From Candidatus Multivoradales bacterium (GTDB lineage Bacteria; Acidobacteriota; Thermoanaerobaculia; Multivoradales; JAHEKO01): a stretch of DNA of 64,000 nucleotides. The notes below the pieces were generated by a model. That model worked only from the letters and a program-made list of their open reading frames with translations, did no database searches and was not told the origin of the DNA. Of the stretch, positions 38,356 through 48,544 are shown piece by piece (position 1 is the stretch's first letter; every line of letters starts with the position of its first letter). Where the stretch lies: assembly GCA_965248055.1 (NCBI GenBank), contig CBDFIJ010000004.1:1760001-1824000 (forward strand). The letters run 5' to 3'. The translations under genes were made by a program, and so were the position numbers.

Positions 38356-39753
38356 ATGTATAACCCTGTGGAAACTGGCCTCCCTGAAGCTGAAGGGGGA
38401 TCGTTTCGCGACCCTCGCGGCCACGTTCATATTGCCAACGGGCGGGTTTTTCGCACCATCTCTCCAGCCGCTTTGGACGACTTCCGTATGGTTGTCGAAT
38501 CCGGAGTGGTCGCCAAGCTCGAAGAGTCTGGCGATCTGGTACCGACCTGGGAGACGGATCAAGCAACCCCGAACACTACCGGTGACGCCAGTGTGGTCGT
38601 TGAGCATCCCTGCTTACCACTCATCAGCTACCCCTACGAATGGCCTTTTCAGCTGCTCAAACGAGCCGCATTGTTTCATCTCGACTTTCATCTCAAGTGC
38701 TTGGAGCACCGGGTGACCCTGACCGATGCGACGGCCTACAACGTCCAGTTTGTCGGGGTACGACCCGTTTTCATCGATCGCTTAGCTCTCAAACCCTATT
38801 TCGAGGGCGAGTACTGGGCTGGGTATCGTCAGTTTTGCGAGCAGTTTCTCAATCCGCTGCTCCTGTCGTCTTTTCACGGAATCCCAATCCATCAGTGGTA
38901 TCGGGGCTCGATTGAGGGAATCTCTGCTCGTGATACCGCCACCCTACTTCCACTGAAACGACGACTATCTCCTCGAGCTTGGATGCACGTGACACTTCAG
39001 GCCCGCCTCAATCGCGAACAGACTGCCCAAGTCTCCGACCGGGTCATCAAGCAACGCCCCTTGCCGCTCCCCGCTCTTCAGAGCATGCTACGGAGCTTCC
39101 ACAAGTGGATCTCCCGATTGCAACCTCCTCAACGACCCACCGTTTGGGCAGACTACGACTCCACCCACGGATATACCGATACCGAGCAAGAGAAGAAAGC
39201 TAAAGCGATCGCGCGGTTTATCGAGGGCCACAAGCCAACAACCGTTTGGGACCTGGGTTGCAATACCGGGTTTTACTCGCAGATCGCATTGCAGCACGGA
39301 ACGTCCTCAGTGATCGGACTGGACCTGGATGAAGGGGCCTTGGGAGGGGCTTTTGATCGCGCTCAATCCGAAAACCTAACCCTGACACCTTTGTTGTTCG
39401 ACGCCGCCAACCCAACCCCGGCACAAGGATGGCGTCTGCGGGAGCGCAGCAGACTCGCTGAACGCTCAACCCCGGATGGCATTCTTGCCTTGGCAGTCCT
39501 GCACCATATGGTCTTAGGCCGCAATATCCCGCTACCGGAGGCGATCAAGTGGCTGGTGGGTCAAGCGAAGTGTGGCGTCATCGAGGCGGTACCCCGCACC
39601 GACCCACAAGTGAAGCGGATGATGGTCTTTCGAGACCATCATCATGAATATGGGGTTGAAGAGATACGCCAGGAGCTGGCAAGGCAAGCCACCGTCACAG
39701 AAACCGTCGTGGTATCGGAGTCAGGTCGAGAGTTGTTGTTTTTCAAGCGCTAG
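38356..39753 (+). CDS. NoeA-like protein: kinase-like N-domain + class I SAM methyltransferase
   Basis: SFRDP, ISYPYEW, LTDATAYNVQF, VFID, YRQFCEQFLNPL; VWDLGCNTG, LALAVLHH. Confidence 0.82.
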   Translation: MYNPVETGLPEAEGGSFRDPRGHVHIANGRVFRTISPAALDDFRMVVESGVVAKLEESGDLVPTWETDQATPNTTGDASVVVEHPCLPLISYPYEWPFQLLKRAALFHLDFHLKCLEHRVTLTDATAYNVQFVGVRPVFIDRLALKPYFEGEYWAGYRQFCEQFLNPLLLSSFHGIPIHQWYRGSIEGISARDTATLLPLKRRLSPRAWMHVTLQARLNREQTAQVSDRVIKQRPLPLPALQSMLRSFHKWISRLQPPQRPTVWADYDSTHGYTDTEQEKKAKAIARFIEGHKPTTVWDLGCNTGFYSQIALQHGTSSVIGLDLDEGALGGAFDRAQSENLTLTPLLFDAANPTPAQGWRLRERSRLAERSTPDGILALAVLHHMVLGRNIPLPEAIKWLVGQAKCGVIEAVPRTDPQVKRMMVFRDHHHEYGVEEIRQELARQATVTETVVVSESGRELLFFKR

Positions 39754-40979
39754 AATGCGGAGTCCACGACCACTTTGACAAATCGCCTCTTGCCCACCTT
39801 GACCACATAACCGGAGAGATTGTCTGGCAATTCAACCCGAGGGTCTTGGGCTCTTTCACCGTCGATCGACACCGCGCCCTGCTGAACCAACCGTTGAGCC
39901 TCTTTGTTGGAGGACGCCAGCCCCGCGAAGGTAAGTGCTTTAAACAGTTGCATCGGAACGATCGAGACCTGTGGAATGTCTTCCGGAATGCCTCCGTCGG
40001 AAAACACTTCGCCAAACTCTCGGGCCGCTTGGTCCGCCACCGAATCGCCATGCAGATCTGCAGTTAGCGTCTGCGCCAATTGACGCTTGGCGTCCATCGG
40101 ATGGAGATCGCCCTCGGAGACTCGATCCTTCAAGGCTTCAATCTCCACCTCTTGTAGATCGGTCAATAATAGCCACCAATCCCACATCTGCTGATCGGAG
40201 ATCGACATCGTCTTGCCATAGACCTCCGCCGGCGGGTCGGTCAACCCGATCGCATTGCCGAGACTCTTGGACATTTTGTCGACGCCGTCAGTGCCTACCA
40301 ACAGCGGCACAGTCAAGACCACTTGAGGTTCCATGCCTTCCTCTTTCATCAACTGACGACCTACCAGTAGATTGAAGATCTGGTCGTGACCGCCCAACTC
40401 AACGTCTGCTTTCATGGCAATCGAGTCGTAGCCTTGAACCAAGGGATAGAGCAACTCGTGGATACTGATCGGCTGGTTTGCCGCGAAACGAGTACGAAAG
40501 TCGTCACGCTCCATCATCCGCGCCAAGGTGTAGCGACCAGCGAGCCGAATCAGCCCTTCTGACCCCAACTCGTCGAGCCACCTGGAGTTGTAGTCAATCG
40601 TGGTTTGCTCTCGATCCAGAATGCGCACCACTTGCTCTTCATAGGTGCGGGCGTTGGTTAGCACCTCTTGGGCAGTGAGTTGAGGCCGGGTGGCCTTCTT
40701 GCCCGTCGGGTCGCCTATTCGTGCAGTGAAGTCGCCAACCAGAAAGACCACTGAGTGTCCTAAATCTTGGAAGTGCTTCATCTTGCGCAGCAAGACGGTG
40801 TGCCCGAGATGAAGATCAGCCGTTGAAGGATCAAAGCCAGCCTTGATCGTCAGCGGCTGGCCAGACTTGCGCGACGCCTCCAGCTTGCGCGCAAACTGCT
40901 CGGAATTAATCAGGTCAACCGAACCCCGACTGAGCAGGGCTAGCTGCTGCTCAACTGGAAGAAACTCCGAATTAGACAC
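39750..40979 (-). CDS. tyrS: Tyrosine--tRNA ligase
   Basis: GFDPSTADLHLGH, YPLVQGYD, GGHDQ, KMSKS, C-terminal S4 domain. Confidence 0.97.
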   Translation of the reverse strand: MSNSEFLPVEQQLALLSRGSVDLINSEQFARKLEASRKSGQPLTIKAGFDPSTADLHLGHTVLLRKMKHFQDLGHSVVFLVGDFTARIGDPTGKKATRPQLTAQEVLTNARTYEEQVVRILDREQTTIDYNSRWLDELGSEGLIRLAGRYTLARMMERDDFRTRFAANQPISIHELLYPLVQGYDSIAMKADVELGGHDQIFNLLVGRQLMKEEGMEPQVVLTVPLLVGTDGVDKMSKSLGNAIGLTDPPAEVYGKTMSISDQQMWDWWLLLTDLQEVEIEALKDRVSEGDLHPMDAKRQLAQTLTADLHGDSVADQAAREFGEVFSDGGIPEDIPQVSIVPMQLFKALTFAGLASSNKEAQRLVQQGAVSIDGERAQDPRVELPDNLSGYVVKVGKRRFVKVVVDSAF

Positions 40980-41199
40980 CGCAGGAGCTTAGCATCGGCC
41001 AAGCAAATCACTACCAAGAGGAACAGATACGTCGGCTACAGGTACGTGAACACCATTGGGATGTCGAGCCTAGATCCAGAGCCTGAGGTGCTGGGTCTAC
41101 GACGACTGTCGAGTGTGCTGACGATATTACCAAGCGAAGAGTCGGGACCGTTCGCGGGGACATTGATTAGCAGCGATAGCTCCTGAGGCAGAGGCAACG

Positions 41200-42568
41200 G
41201 AGTTATTGTCAAAAGTTGTGTATTGAGCCATCAGGCGGCGATCTGTTTTTGTTTTTCTCCGTCCACGAACTGGAGACCTTCAACGACTTCGGCAATGCGC
41301 CTGTAGCCCTGTAGCCTCCGCCATCGTTTTTCTGCGCTTTGGCACAGCTTGAAGACCATCGAGAGCATGGTTTCTCGCGACAGACAGCCCCGGGTTTTGG
41401 AGGTTCTCAAGCGTACGGTAGCAAAAGTTGATGCGATTGGGTTGGTGGTCCTCAAATGCACCCAGTGCTCAGCCGGGAAATCGTAGAAAGCGAGTAGCTG
41501 GACGCGATCTTTGACCAAGCACTGGACTGCTTTCGGATATTTAGCTTGGTAGATTGCCTGGAATGCATCAAAAGCCCTCTCGGCATCGTGACGTGTCTGC
41601 GCCATCCAGATTTGGTGGATTGCCTGCTTGGCCTTGGGCTGGATCGCCTTGGGGAGCTTATTCAAGACGTTGGCCGTCTTGTGGACCCAGCAGCGCTGGG
41701 TCTTGGTATTTCCCCACACCTGAGCCAGAGCCTTCCAGAAACCCAGATTGCCGTCACCGATTGCGATCTTAGGCTCGAATGTAAGGCCTCTTGCTTCCAG
41801 GCCTCGCAACAGCTCCAGCCATGACGCCTCACTCTCCCGGTAACCGTCTTCAACAGCGATCAGTTCTTTGTTGCCGTCCGCAGTGGCACCAATTAACACC
41901 AGCAAGCAGAGCTTGGCGTTATCCAGGCGAGCCTTGCAGTAAATGCCGTCAGCCCATACATAGACGTAGCGCTTGGACGAAAGATCGCGCTGCCGCCATT
42001 CGCTGTACTCCTGGCCCCAGACGCGTTTGAGGCGGCTCACCGTCGAAGACGAAAGACCTGGCGCTTCAGGGCCCACCAAAGCTTCCAGAGCTCGTGAGAA
42101 GTCCCCGGTAGAAATCCCCCGTAAGTATAGCCAGGGCAAGAGATCCGCGATGCTCTTGGACCGGCGCAGATACGGTGGCACTAGATTGGAGCGAAAATGA
42201 AGCTCACCCTGGCGATCCCGCACCCGTGGCACTTTGACCGAAATGCCGCCGATTCCGGTCTGGATCTCCCGCTCTGGCATGTAGCCGTTTCTCACCAACC
42301 GCCGGTGACCGACCGCCGTACGTTGATCTTGGTACTCAACCAAAAAACTCTCCACCTCTGCCTCGATTGCTTCGCAAAGAAGCAACCGTGAACCTCGGCG
42401 CAAGACCTCGGTCAGAGCGTCCTCAGGACGCTCTACTTGATCGATTGAAACTACGTTACTCTTGCTCAACGGCGTGTCCTCCTTTTGGGATGATTGAACC
42501 CAGCTTTGAAAACCGGGCTCAGGATACGCCGCCTTCAAACTCTCATACACAACTTTTGGTTATATCTC
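41200..42568 (-). mobile_element. IS256-family insertion sequence (1369 bp)
   Basis: IRs GAGTTATTGTCAAAAGTTGTGTAT and GAGATATAACCAAAAGTTGTGTAT (rc); perfect 9-bp direct repeat GAGGCAACG at 41191-41199 and 42569-42577. Confidence 0.93.
41231..42469 (-). CDS. IS256-family transposase (probably catalytically dead)
   Basis: RNGY, VPRVRDR, YVWADG, IGDG, QRCWVHK; TTNPIAS where TTNxIE is expected; TTG start after AAGGAGG. Confidence 0.9.
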   Translation of the reverse strand: MSKSNVVSIDQVERPEDALTEVLRRGSRLLLCEAIEAEVESFLVEYQDQRTAVGHRRLVRNGYMPEREIQTGIGGISVKVPRVRDRQGELHFRSNLVPPYLRRSKSIADLLPWLYLRGISTGDFSRALEALVGPEAPGLSSSTVSRLKRVWGQEYSEWRQRDLSSKRYVYVWADGIYCKARLDNAKLCLLVLIGATADGNKELIAVEDGYRESEASWLELLRGLEARGLTFEPKIAIGDGNLGFWKALAQVWGNTKTQRCWVHKTANVLNKLPKAIQPKAKQAIHQIWMAQTRHDAERAFDAFQAIYQAKYPKAVQCLVKDRVQLLAFYDFPAEHWVHLRTTNPIASTFATVRLRTSKTRGCLSRETMLSMVFKLCQSAEKRWRRLQGYRRIAEVVEGLQFVDGEKQKQIAA

Positions 42569-42794
42569 GAGGCAACGTGGTTGACCCCACATGCACAACA
42601 TCTCTTAACTATCGTTGCATTCCGCGGCACCACGGTTACATCTCGGTACAATTAATCAAGGATCTGGCAATATGTGTAGTGGACCTGCATGAAAACCAAT
42701 CGCCGGTTCGCCCGTCTTCGTCCGTTGCAGACATTCCAAGTGCGAGCACTAATAAGGTTCTTCGTCTTGATGCCAAGGTCTCCTAGGAGTCCCG

Positions 42795-44366
42795 TTGACT
42801 GACAGCAAACGTAGCTCCACTTCACCGAAGATCTCCTTCTGGACAGCTGTTCTCGCGCTAGCCCTGATTCTTTTCGCTGTCTTCCCACCGTTTTTTCGTC
42901 ACCATGGCTTGTCGTTTCTAAGCCTGGAGCTTGTCGCTTTCGCCTTGATCTGCGGTTTTTTATCTAGCGTACTTCACCTCATCCCCGCGACTAGAACGCG
43001 GTGGTTTTCAAGCACAATCTTGGGTGCTGCCTTGACTCTGCTTATCGACATTCAATTCGGTTCGATCTCAAGCGAGCTTTCTCTGATCGGACATCTCTTC
43101 GTCACAACGGGTGTTTGCGTACTTTTGTTTCCCCATGCTCATCGAGTGCTCACGGCGTTCGCTGGAGTTCTTATCCTGCTTTCTCCAACCGTGGCCACCA
43201 AAAGCACCAGCACTCCCAGTCACCACCAGATCGAACGAGACACTTCGTTGCCGCCGATTGTCTATCTGATTCTCGATGAACACATCGGCATAGGAGGTAT
43301 CTCCAATCAGTTTGTACAAGAGCGCACCAAGATTCTCGGTGAATACATACAACGGGGATTCCTAGTCTACGAAAACGCTTACTCACTGCACGACATGACT
43401 CTTGCATCCATGGGATCTCTTCTTAATGCCCGCCCGACAGTTGAGCATGCGATCGAAGGCAATCGTCAAGAAGGCTTCTCTTTATCGAAATCTGTACTCT
43501 TTCGGTATTGGGCAGATCTAGGATATCGCTTCTCTATCTATCAATCTGAGTATCTTGATTACTGCTCTGCAGCAAAACCGGCGGTCGACCTCTGCATAAC
43601 CTACGATCAATACATTGGGCTCGACGTTCTGAAACCTCTTGAGACCATCGACTACACGGTCACCGCACTATTCTCAAGATCCGAGATTGCTATGAAAGGA
43701 AGGGTCCGTTACAACTTTCTACGTAACAAGGTACCCCAGTCGATACGGCCGCCACGATTGCCTCCGCCGCCAACCGGCTCTTGGGCGGCAAGATCTCGTG
43801 TCGCATTGGATGAGATGCGCAAACAGGCGCTTGTCGACCCAGAAGGAAGAGTATTCTTTGCACACCTACTCCATCCGCACAAACCGCACATCTATGACCA
43901 GGAGTGCCGCCCAAGGAGGTCGACGAGGTCGTCGATCCTTTCGTCTTCGCATTACATGGACCAAGTGTTGTGCATTACAAAGCAGCTCGGCGAAACCCTT
44001 GACGAATTGCTCTCGCTCCCTTCATTCAAAGATGCTGTGGTAGTTGTCCACGGAGATCACGGTCCTAGGCTTATGGGGGATCTTGCGCTCAATGGTGACA
44101 AGGAGATCCCACAGGAATTCATCATTGATAGGTTTTCAACATTCCTTGCGATAAAGACACCTGAAGTTGCTTCTGGTATAACTCGGTTTCCCACTTCGAT
44201 CAACTCAGAAATTCCTGCAATTTGGTCTATACCCAACTCCGTACCCCACAAACCTATGCTTCAATTGACCCAAAACCTTATGACGGTTGAGTCACTGACA
44301 GATCGGAAAGTGCAGGCCATCAACCTTCCGGATTTTTGGGGTTTATCGGTGTCCATGAAGCCTTGA
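42795..44366 (+). CDS. NoeB/LtaS-like membrane protein, paralog 3
   Basis: AGGAG RBS, TTG start; LPPIVYLILDEHIG, YENAYSLHDMT, AHLLHPHKP, VHGDHG. Confidence 0.8.
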   Translation: MTDSKRSSTSPKISFWTAVLALALILFAVFPPFFRHHGLSFLSLELVAFALICGFLSSVLHLIPATRTRWFSSTILGAALTLLIDIQFGSISSELSLIGHLFVTTGVCVLLFPHAHRVLTAFAGVLILLSPTVATKSTSTPSHHQIERDTSLPPIVYLILDEHIGIGGISNQFVQERTKILGEYIQRGFLVYENAYSLHDMTLASMGSLLNARPTVEHAIEGNRQEGFSLSKSVLFRYWADLGYRFSIYQSEYLDYCSAAKPAVDLCITYDQYIGLDVLKPLETIDYTVTALFSRSEIAMKGRVRYNFLRNKVPQSIRPPRLPPPPTGSWAARSRVALDEMRKQALVDPEGRVFFAHLLHPHKPHIYDQECRPRRSTRSSILSSSHYMDQVLCITKQLGETLDELLSLPSFKDAVVVVHGDHGPRLMGDLALNGDKEIPQEFIIDRFSTFLAIKTPEVASGITRFPTSINSEIPAIWSIPNSVPHKPMLQLTQNLMTVESLTDRKVQAINLPDFWGLSVSMKP

Positions 44367-44409
44367 ATACTCGTGTTGCTGCCCAAAGCCACTTCGTTAC
44401 CTTAGTTCG

Positions 44410-45186
44410 CTAGTTGCAAATCTCACCCTGCGCCAATAACCGAGCATCGCCTCGCAGGTACGCCTGGCCATCGGCAAACTCGGCAATCAGTTCAAAGCCG
44501 GCCGCTGTCACCACAGTGAAGGGCTCGGAACCGCTGGCAAGGCACCAAGCGGTGGCAATGACTCCAGTTCCAGAGGCTAAAGTCTCGTCTTCGACCCCCC
44601 GCTCAAAGCTACGCATGTCCACCACGCTCTTCAACCGCTCCTGGACAAATGCGACGTTGGCTCCTTCAGGCTTCAAGTCTTGATGGCCACGGATTGCCGC
44701 GCCCAAGTGAACTACCGGGACTTCCTGCAGTGGACCCTCCCAGGGCAGTACCGCGTAGGGTACGCCGACATCCACTAGGTGGACGGTGAATTCGCCATCC
44801 TCCACGGCGAGGGGCCTGACCTCAATCTGTGGTGATTGCCATTCCCAGTTGAGGGCCACGGTCTCAGGGTCCAATACCTGGCCGCTCACCGGACCACTGT
44901 CTGTGGCAATCGTCAGAGAATCACCCCAATCTAGCTCTGAGGCCAATCGCACAGCGCAACGGACACCGTTGAGGCACAGCTCAGCCCGCCCTCCATCAGC
45001 GTTGAAATGGACCATCCGCACCTGGATATCTTGACGCCTGAGAACGAACACCCCGTCTGCTCCCAGTGAGACGCCTCTGCGGCATACCTGCTGGACCCAC
45101 CGTGCATCCGGGTCTTCTTTTGGCTCGACCAGGACGATGAAGTCGTTGCCCGCACCAGAAAGCTTGTAAAACGGTGTCCGCGCCAT
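44410..45186 (-). CDS. dapF: Diaminopimelate epimerase
   Basis: FYKLSGAGNDF, GADG, NADG..AELCLNG, ERGVEDETLASGTG. Confidence 0.9.
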   Translation of the reverse strand: MARTPFYKLSGAGNDFIVLVEPKEDPDARWVQQVCRRGVSLGADGVFVLRRQDIQVRMVHFNADGGRAELCLNGVRCAVRLASELDWGDSLTIATDSGPVSGQVLDPETVALNWEWQSPQIEVRPLAVEDGEFTVHLVDVGVPYAVLPWEGPLQEVPVVHLGAAIRGHQDLKPEGANVAFVQERLKSVVDMRSFERGVEDETLASGTGVIATAWCLASGSEPFTVVTAAGFELIAEFADGQAYLRGDARLLAQGEICN

Positions 45187-45199
45187 CGCGTTCTTTAGA

Positions 45200-46405
45200 T
45201 CACGGCGCCAATACGTCGACCAACTCGCTCGGATCGCTGGCGTTTCCTGATCGATCCACTGCTGTTACTTGGTAGCTGTACTGCTGGCCCGATGACGCCG
45301 TTTGGTCGGTGAACTCGAGGCTAGAAACCAGCGTCTCGTTCAAAGTTTGAGAGAGCCCACCCTGCGATCGAATCACCGCATAGCCGTCGTGGTCACTGGG
45401 TGGTTGATGGCGCCAGAGCAAGCGGATGCCGGTTGAATCTGGAATCGCTACCAAGGCCGTGGGGGCGTCGGGTGGAAAAACGTCACGATAGAAAACCTCC
45501 CGTTGGCTACCCCAGGCGCTCTCAACCCCTCGGGGCCCAACGGCGGTAACCGCGTACACCCAACGCTGACCCATTTCGGCCGTAGTGTCGAGCAACGACG
45601 GTGCTTCGGAAGCGGCGACCGCTTGAAAAGGCGCTCCAAATTGAGGATTCTCGGCCCCTCGGCGGTAGATCTTGTAGCCGGTGACCGACTCGTCAGCCAA
45701 GAGATCCCAAGAAATCCGTATTCCCTCGGCGGTTGCCTCGGCCCGCAAACTGACGATCGACTCTGGCGGGGCAATCGGATGGACAGACGTGATATTGGAA
45801 GTTGCCGAATTTCGGTCGTTGGCTTTGACCACCACAGCATACGAATAGATCCACGGGTCCTGTGGAAGCGCCTCGTCGCGCATGCGAATCACGATCTGGT
45901 CGCCGTCAATCAAACGCCCGACATCACTTTGACCATATTCTTTGATGGTCCCGGCAAAACTCTCAAACATACGCTGGTCGACCCCAGGTAATTCGATCAC
46001 CTCTTCACCATCCAGGTCGTTCTCAGCCGACTCCAAGGTCGCAGCGGCATCATCTTCAGCAGGTTCGATTTCAGACGCTGATTCCTCTTCGCCGGCCGCC
46101 TCTAGGGTTTCCTCAGTGAGTTCCCCAGAATCTAGCGCAGCCGACTCCAACAGCTCGGGGGCTTCCTGGTCAAAGCGCAAAATGTTGATTCCTTGCACCT
46201 CGGTGATCGGCAAACCGCTTTCGGTGACCGACGGATAGCTGAACCGCAGCACGATCTCTGGGCCCTGTTGACTCGCCTGAAGATCGTGAACCGCTGCCGG
46301 AGCCAGCGATGGCGGTGGGACCGGATTGCCTTTGCGACCACAACTCGCTGCCATCAACAGTAAGGCGGAAGCCCAAAGTACTGATTTTGAATACTTAAAG
46401 AACAT
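45200..46405 (-). CDS. Lipoprotein with CGRKGxPxPP motif and fibronectin type III domains
   Basis: Lipobox AASC; [28 protein letters not shown]; acidic linker. Confidence 0.82.
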   Translation of the reverse strand: MFFKYSKSVLWASALLLMAASCGRKGNPVPPPSLAPAAVHDLQASQQGPEIVLRFSYPSVTESGLPITEVQGINILRFDQEAPELLESAALDSGELTEETLEAAGEEESASEIEPAEDDAAATLESAENDLDGEEVIELPGVDQRMFESFAGTIKEYGQSDVGRLIDGDQIVIRMRDEALPQDPWIYSYAVVVKANDRNSATSNITSVHPIAPPESIVSLRAEATAEGIRISWDLLADESVTGYKIYRRGAENPQFGAPFQAVAASEAPSLLDTTAEMGQRWVYAVTAVGPRGVESAWGSQREVFYRDVFPPDAPTALVAIPDSTGIRLLWRHQPPSDHDGYAVIRSQGGLSQTLNETLVSSLEFTDQTASSGQQYSYQVTAVDRSGNASDPSELVDVLAP

Positions 46406-47786
46406 AACGGCTCAAATCTTGGTCGTGAACGATATCGCTGAGCGCCTTGCGCACCGCGGCACCGTCGAGGTTGAGTTCTACTCCGTCCATATCGGGAGCC
46501 TCGAAGGACACTTCTTCCAGTAGCTTTTCCATCAATGTTGCCAGTCTGCGGGCGCCAATATTTTCTGTCGAGTCATTGACCGCAACCGCCAGTTGCGCCA
46601 ACTCACGAACCGCATCGTCGCCAAAGGTAACGGTCAATCCTTCGGTCGCCAGCAGCGCCTGATATTGCCGGGTGAGCGCGTTCTCGGGTTCGGTGAGGAT
46701 GCGGAAAAACTCCTCCTCACCCAGCGCCGACAACTCGACTCGGATCGGAAAGCGACCTTGCATTTCGGGAATCAGGTCCGATGGCCGCGCGACGTGGAAC
46801 GCCCCTGCAGCGATAAACAAAATGTGATCGGTGCGTACTGGTCCATACTTGGTGGAAACCGTCGAGCCCTCCACGATCGGTAGCAGGTCGCGCTGCACCC
46901 CTTCTCTGGAAACATCCGGGCCGCGGCCGTCTTCTCGGGTCGCAATCTTGTCGATCTCATCCAGGAAAACGATCCCGGTTTGTTCCACCCGGTGTCGAGC
47001 TTCGCGCTGAATCTGGTTGCGGTCGATGATGGCGTCCGATTCCTGCTGCAAGAGGACTTCTCTGGCTTGCGAAACCGGCATCGAGGTCTTGCGTCGTCGG
47101 GAGAACAAGTTCGGCATCATGTCCTTGAGACCGGAGCCGATATCTTCGCCACCCCCGGGACCGAAAATCTGAAATGCAGAGCCGGTATCTTCTTCAACTT
47201 CAATATCGACCTGGGTGTCGTCCAGGCGACCGTCGCGCAAACGCTTACGGTACTTTTCCCGGGTCGAAGAAAGGTCTTGTGGAGCCGCGCCCGGTGGCGG
47301 GTGGGTTGGCGGGGGCGGGCCGGGCACCAAGATCTCCAACAATCGCTCCTCCGCTCGACGTTCGGCTTCTTCCGCCACTTCAGAGCGCATCTCTTCTTTG
47401 ACCATCGCCACCGCGATCTCCACCAAGTCGCGAACAATCGACTCGACGTCACGGCCAACATAACCAACCTCGGTAAATTTGCTCGCCTCTACCTTCAAGA
47501 ATGGCGCTCTGGCCAGACGCGACAGTCGGCGCGCGATCTCCGTCTTGCCCACTCCGGTGGGGCCAATCATCAAGATATTCTTGGGAACGATCTCGTCGGC
47601 CAAAGACCCTTCGACTCGCTGTCGACGCCAGCGGTTGCGCAAGGCGATCGCCACAGCCCGCTTAGCAGCCGCTTGGCCAATAACATACTTATCCAACTCC
47701 TCGACCGTCTGGCGTGGCGTCAGATCTTCGATCTTCAGAGGTCGCTGGTCGCGACTGGTCAGAGTGTCGACCGGTGCGTCAGTCAT
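46395..47786 (-). CDS. hslU: ATP-dependent protease ATPase subunit HslU
   Basis: [41 protein letters not shown]. Confidence 0.98.
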   Translation of the reverse strand: MTDAPVDTLTSRDQRPLKIEDLTPRQTVEELDKYVIGQAAAKRAVAIALRNRWRRQRVEGSLADEIVPKNILMIGPTGVGKTEIARRLSRLARAPFLKVEASKFTEVGYVGRDVESIVRDLVEIAVAMVKEEMRSEVAEEAERRAEERLLEILVPGPPPPTHPPPGAAPQDLSSTREKYRKRLRDGRLDDTQVDIEVEEDTGSAFQIFGPGGGEDIGSGLKDMMPNLFSRRRKTSMPVSQAREVLLQQESDAIIDRNQIQREARHRVEQTGIVFLDEIDKIATREDGRGPDVSREGVQRDLLPIVEGSTVSTKYGPVRTDHILFIAAGAFHVARPSDLIPEMQGRFPIRVELSALGEEEFFRILTEPENALTRQYQALLATEGLTVTFGDDAVRELAQLAVAVNDSTENIGARRLATLMEKLLEEVSFEAPDMDGVELNLDGAAVRKALSDIVHDQDLSRYVL

Positions 47787-48399
47787 CTGCTGAGAGCACC
47801 TCAATGGTGAGCTGGTCGTTGGTGTAGACACAAATCGAAGCGGCAATCGTCAGAGCTTCGACCGCGATCTCTTGGGCCGATAAATCGGTGTGTTTGATCA
47901 ATGCGCGGGCGGCCCCCAGTGCAATGTTGGAGCCGGAACCGATCGACAGCAGGCCATCTTCATCCGGCGCCATCAGGTCGCCGTTTCCCGAAACCAAGAA
48001 ACTCTGACCGGCGTCGGTGACGATCATTTGCGCCTGCAGTTGGCGCAGAGCGCGATCGGTCCGCCAATCTTTGGCCAATTCTACCGATGCTCTCTCCAGG
48101 TTTCCTTGATACTCCTGGAGCTTGCCTTCAAACCGGGAAAACAAGGCCAATCCGTCCGCCGCTCCACCAGCAAACCCCACCAAAGCCTCGTCATTTTGGG
48201 TTCGTAACACCTTGCGTGCACCCGACTTAACAACCGTGTCATTCATCGTCACCTGGCCGTCTCCCGCCAGGCACACCTCACCCTTACGGCGAACCAGCAA
48301 GATGGTGGTCGATCTCAAGCGTGGGGGATCTGGATTTCCGAAGTGGGCGTTTCCCGAGTCAGCGTTGCCAAAGTTAGGGTTTCCAAGAGTACTGTTCAT
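47779..48399 (-). CDS. hslV: ATP-dependent protease peptidase subunit HslV
   Basis: STTILLVRR...AGDGQVT, GFAG, IGSGS, ICVYTN; start uncertain (ATG 48399 or TTG 48318). Confidence 0.96.
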   Translation of the reverse strand: MNSTLGNPNFGNADSGNAHFGNPDPPRLRSTTILLVRRKGEVCLAGDGQVTMNDTVVKSGARKVLRTQNDEALVGFAGGAADGLALFSRFEGKLQEYQGNLERASVELAKDWRTDRALRQLQAQMIVTDAGQSFLVSGNGDLMAPDEDGLLSIGSGSNIALGAARALIKHTDLSAQEIAVEALTIAASICVYTNDQLTIEVLSADD

Positions 48400-48544
48400 A
48401 GACTGAAGTTCATTTGATTGGGCATTTCTCTCACCGCTCGGGATACCAGCGTCAAGCGCGAACTGCGATTGATCACTGTAACCGGTACGGGCGCCGGATT
48501 GTAACAACCCTTGGCTTCCCGTGGCCGCTCAAAGCTCCCGGAGA

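Noticed and set aside
34376-39753. Nodulation gene cluster or true sulfatases
   Set aside because: No nodABC or nod-box evidence; the paralogs lack the (C/S)xPxR formylglycine motif
40980-41199. Gene or riboswitch interrupted by IS256
   Set aside because: The plus-strand frames I translated gave no recognisable protein, and I saw no RNA motif across the joined flanks
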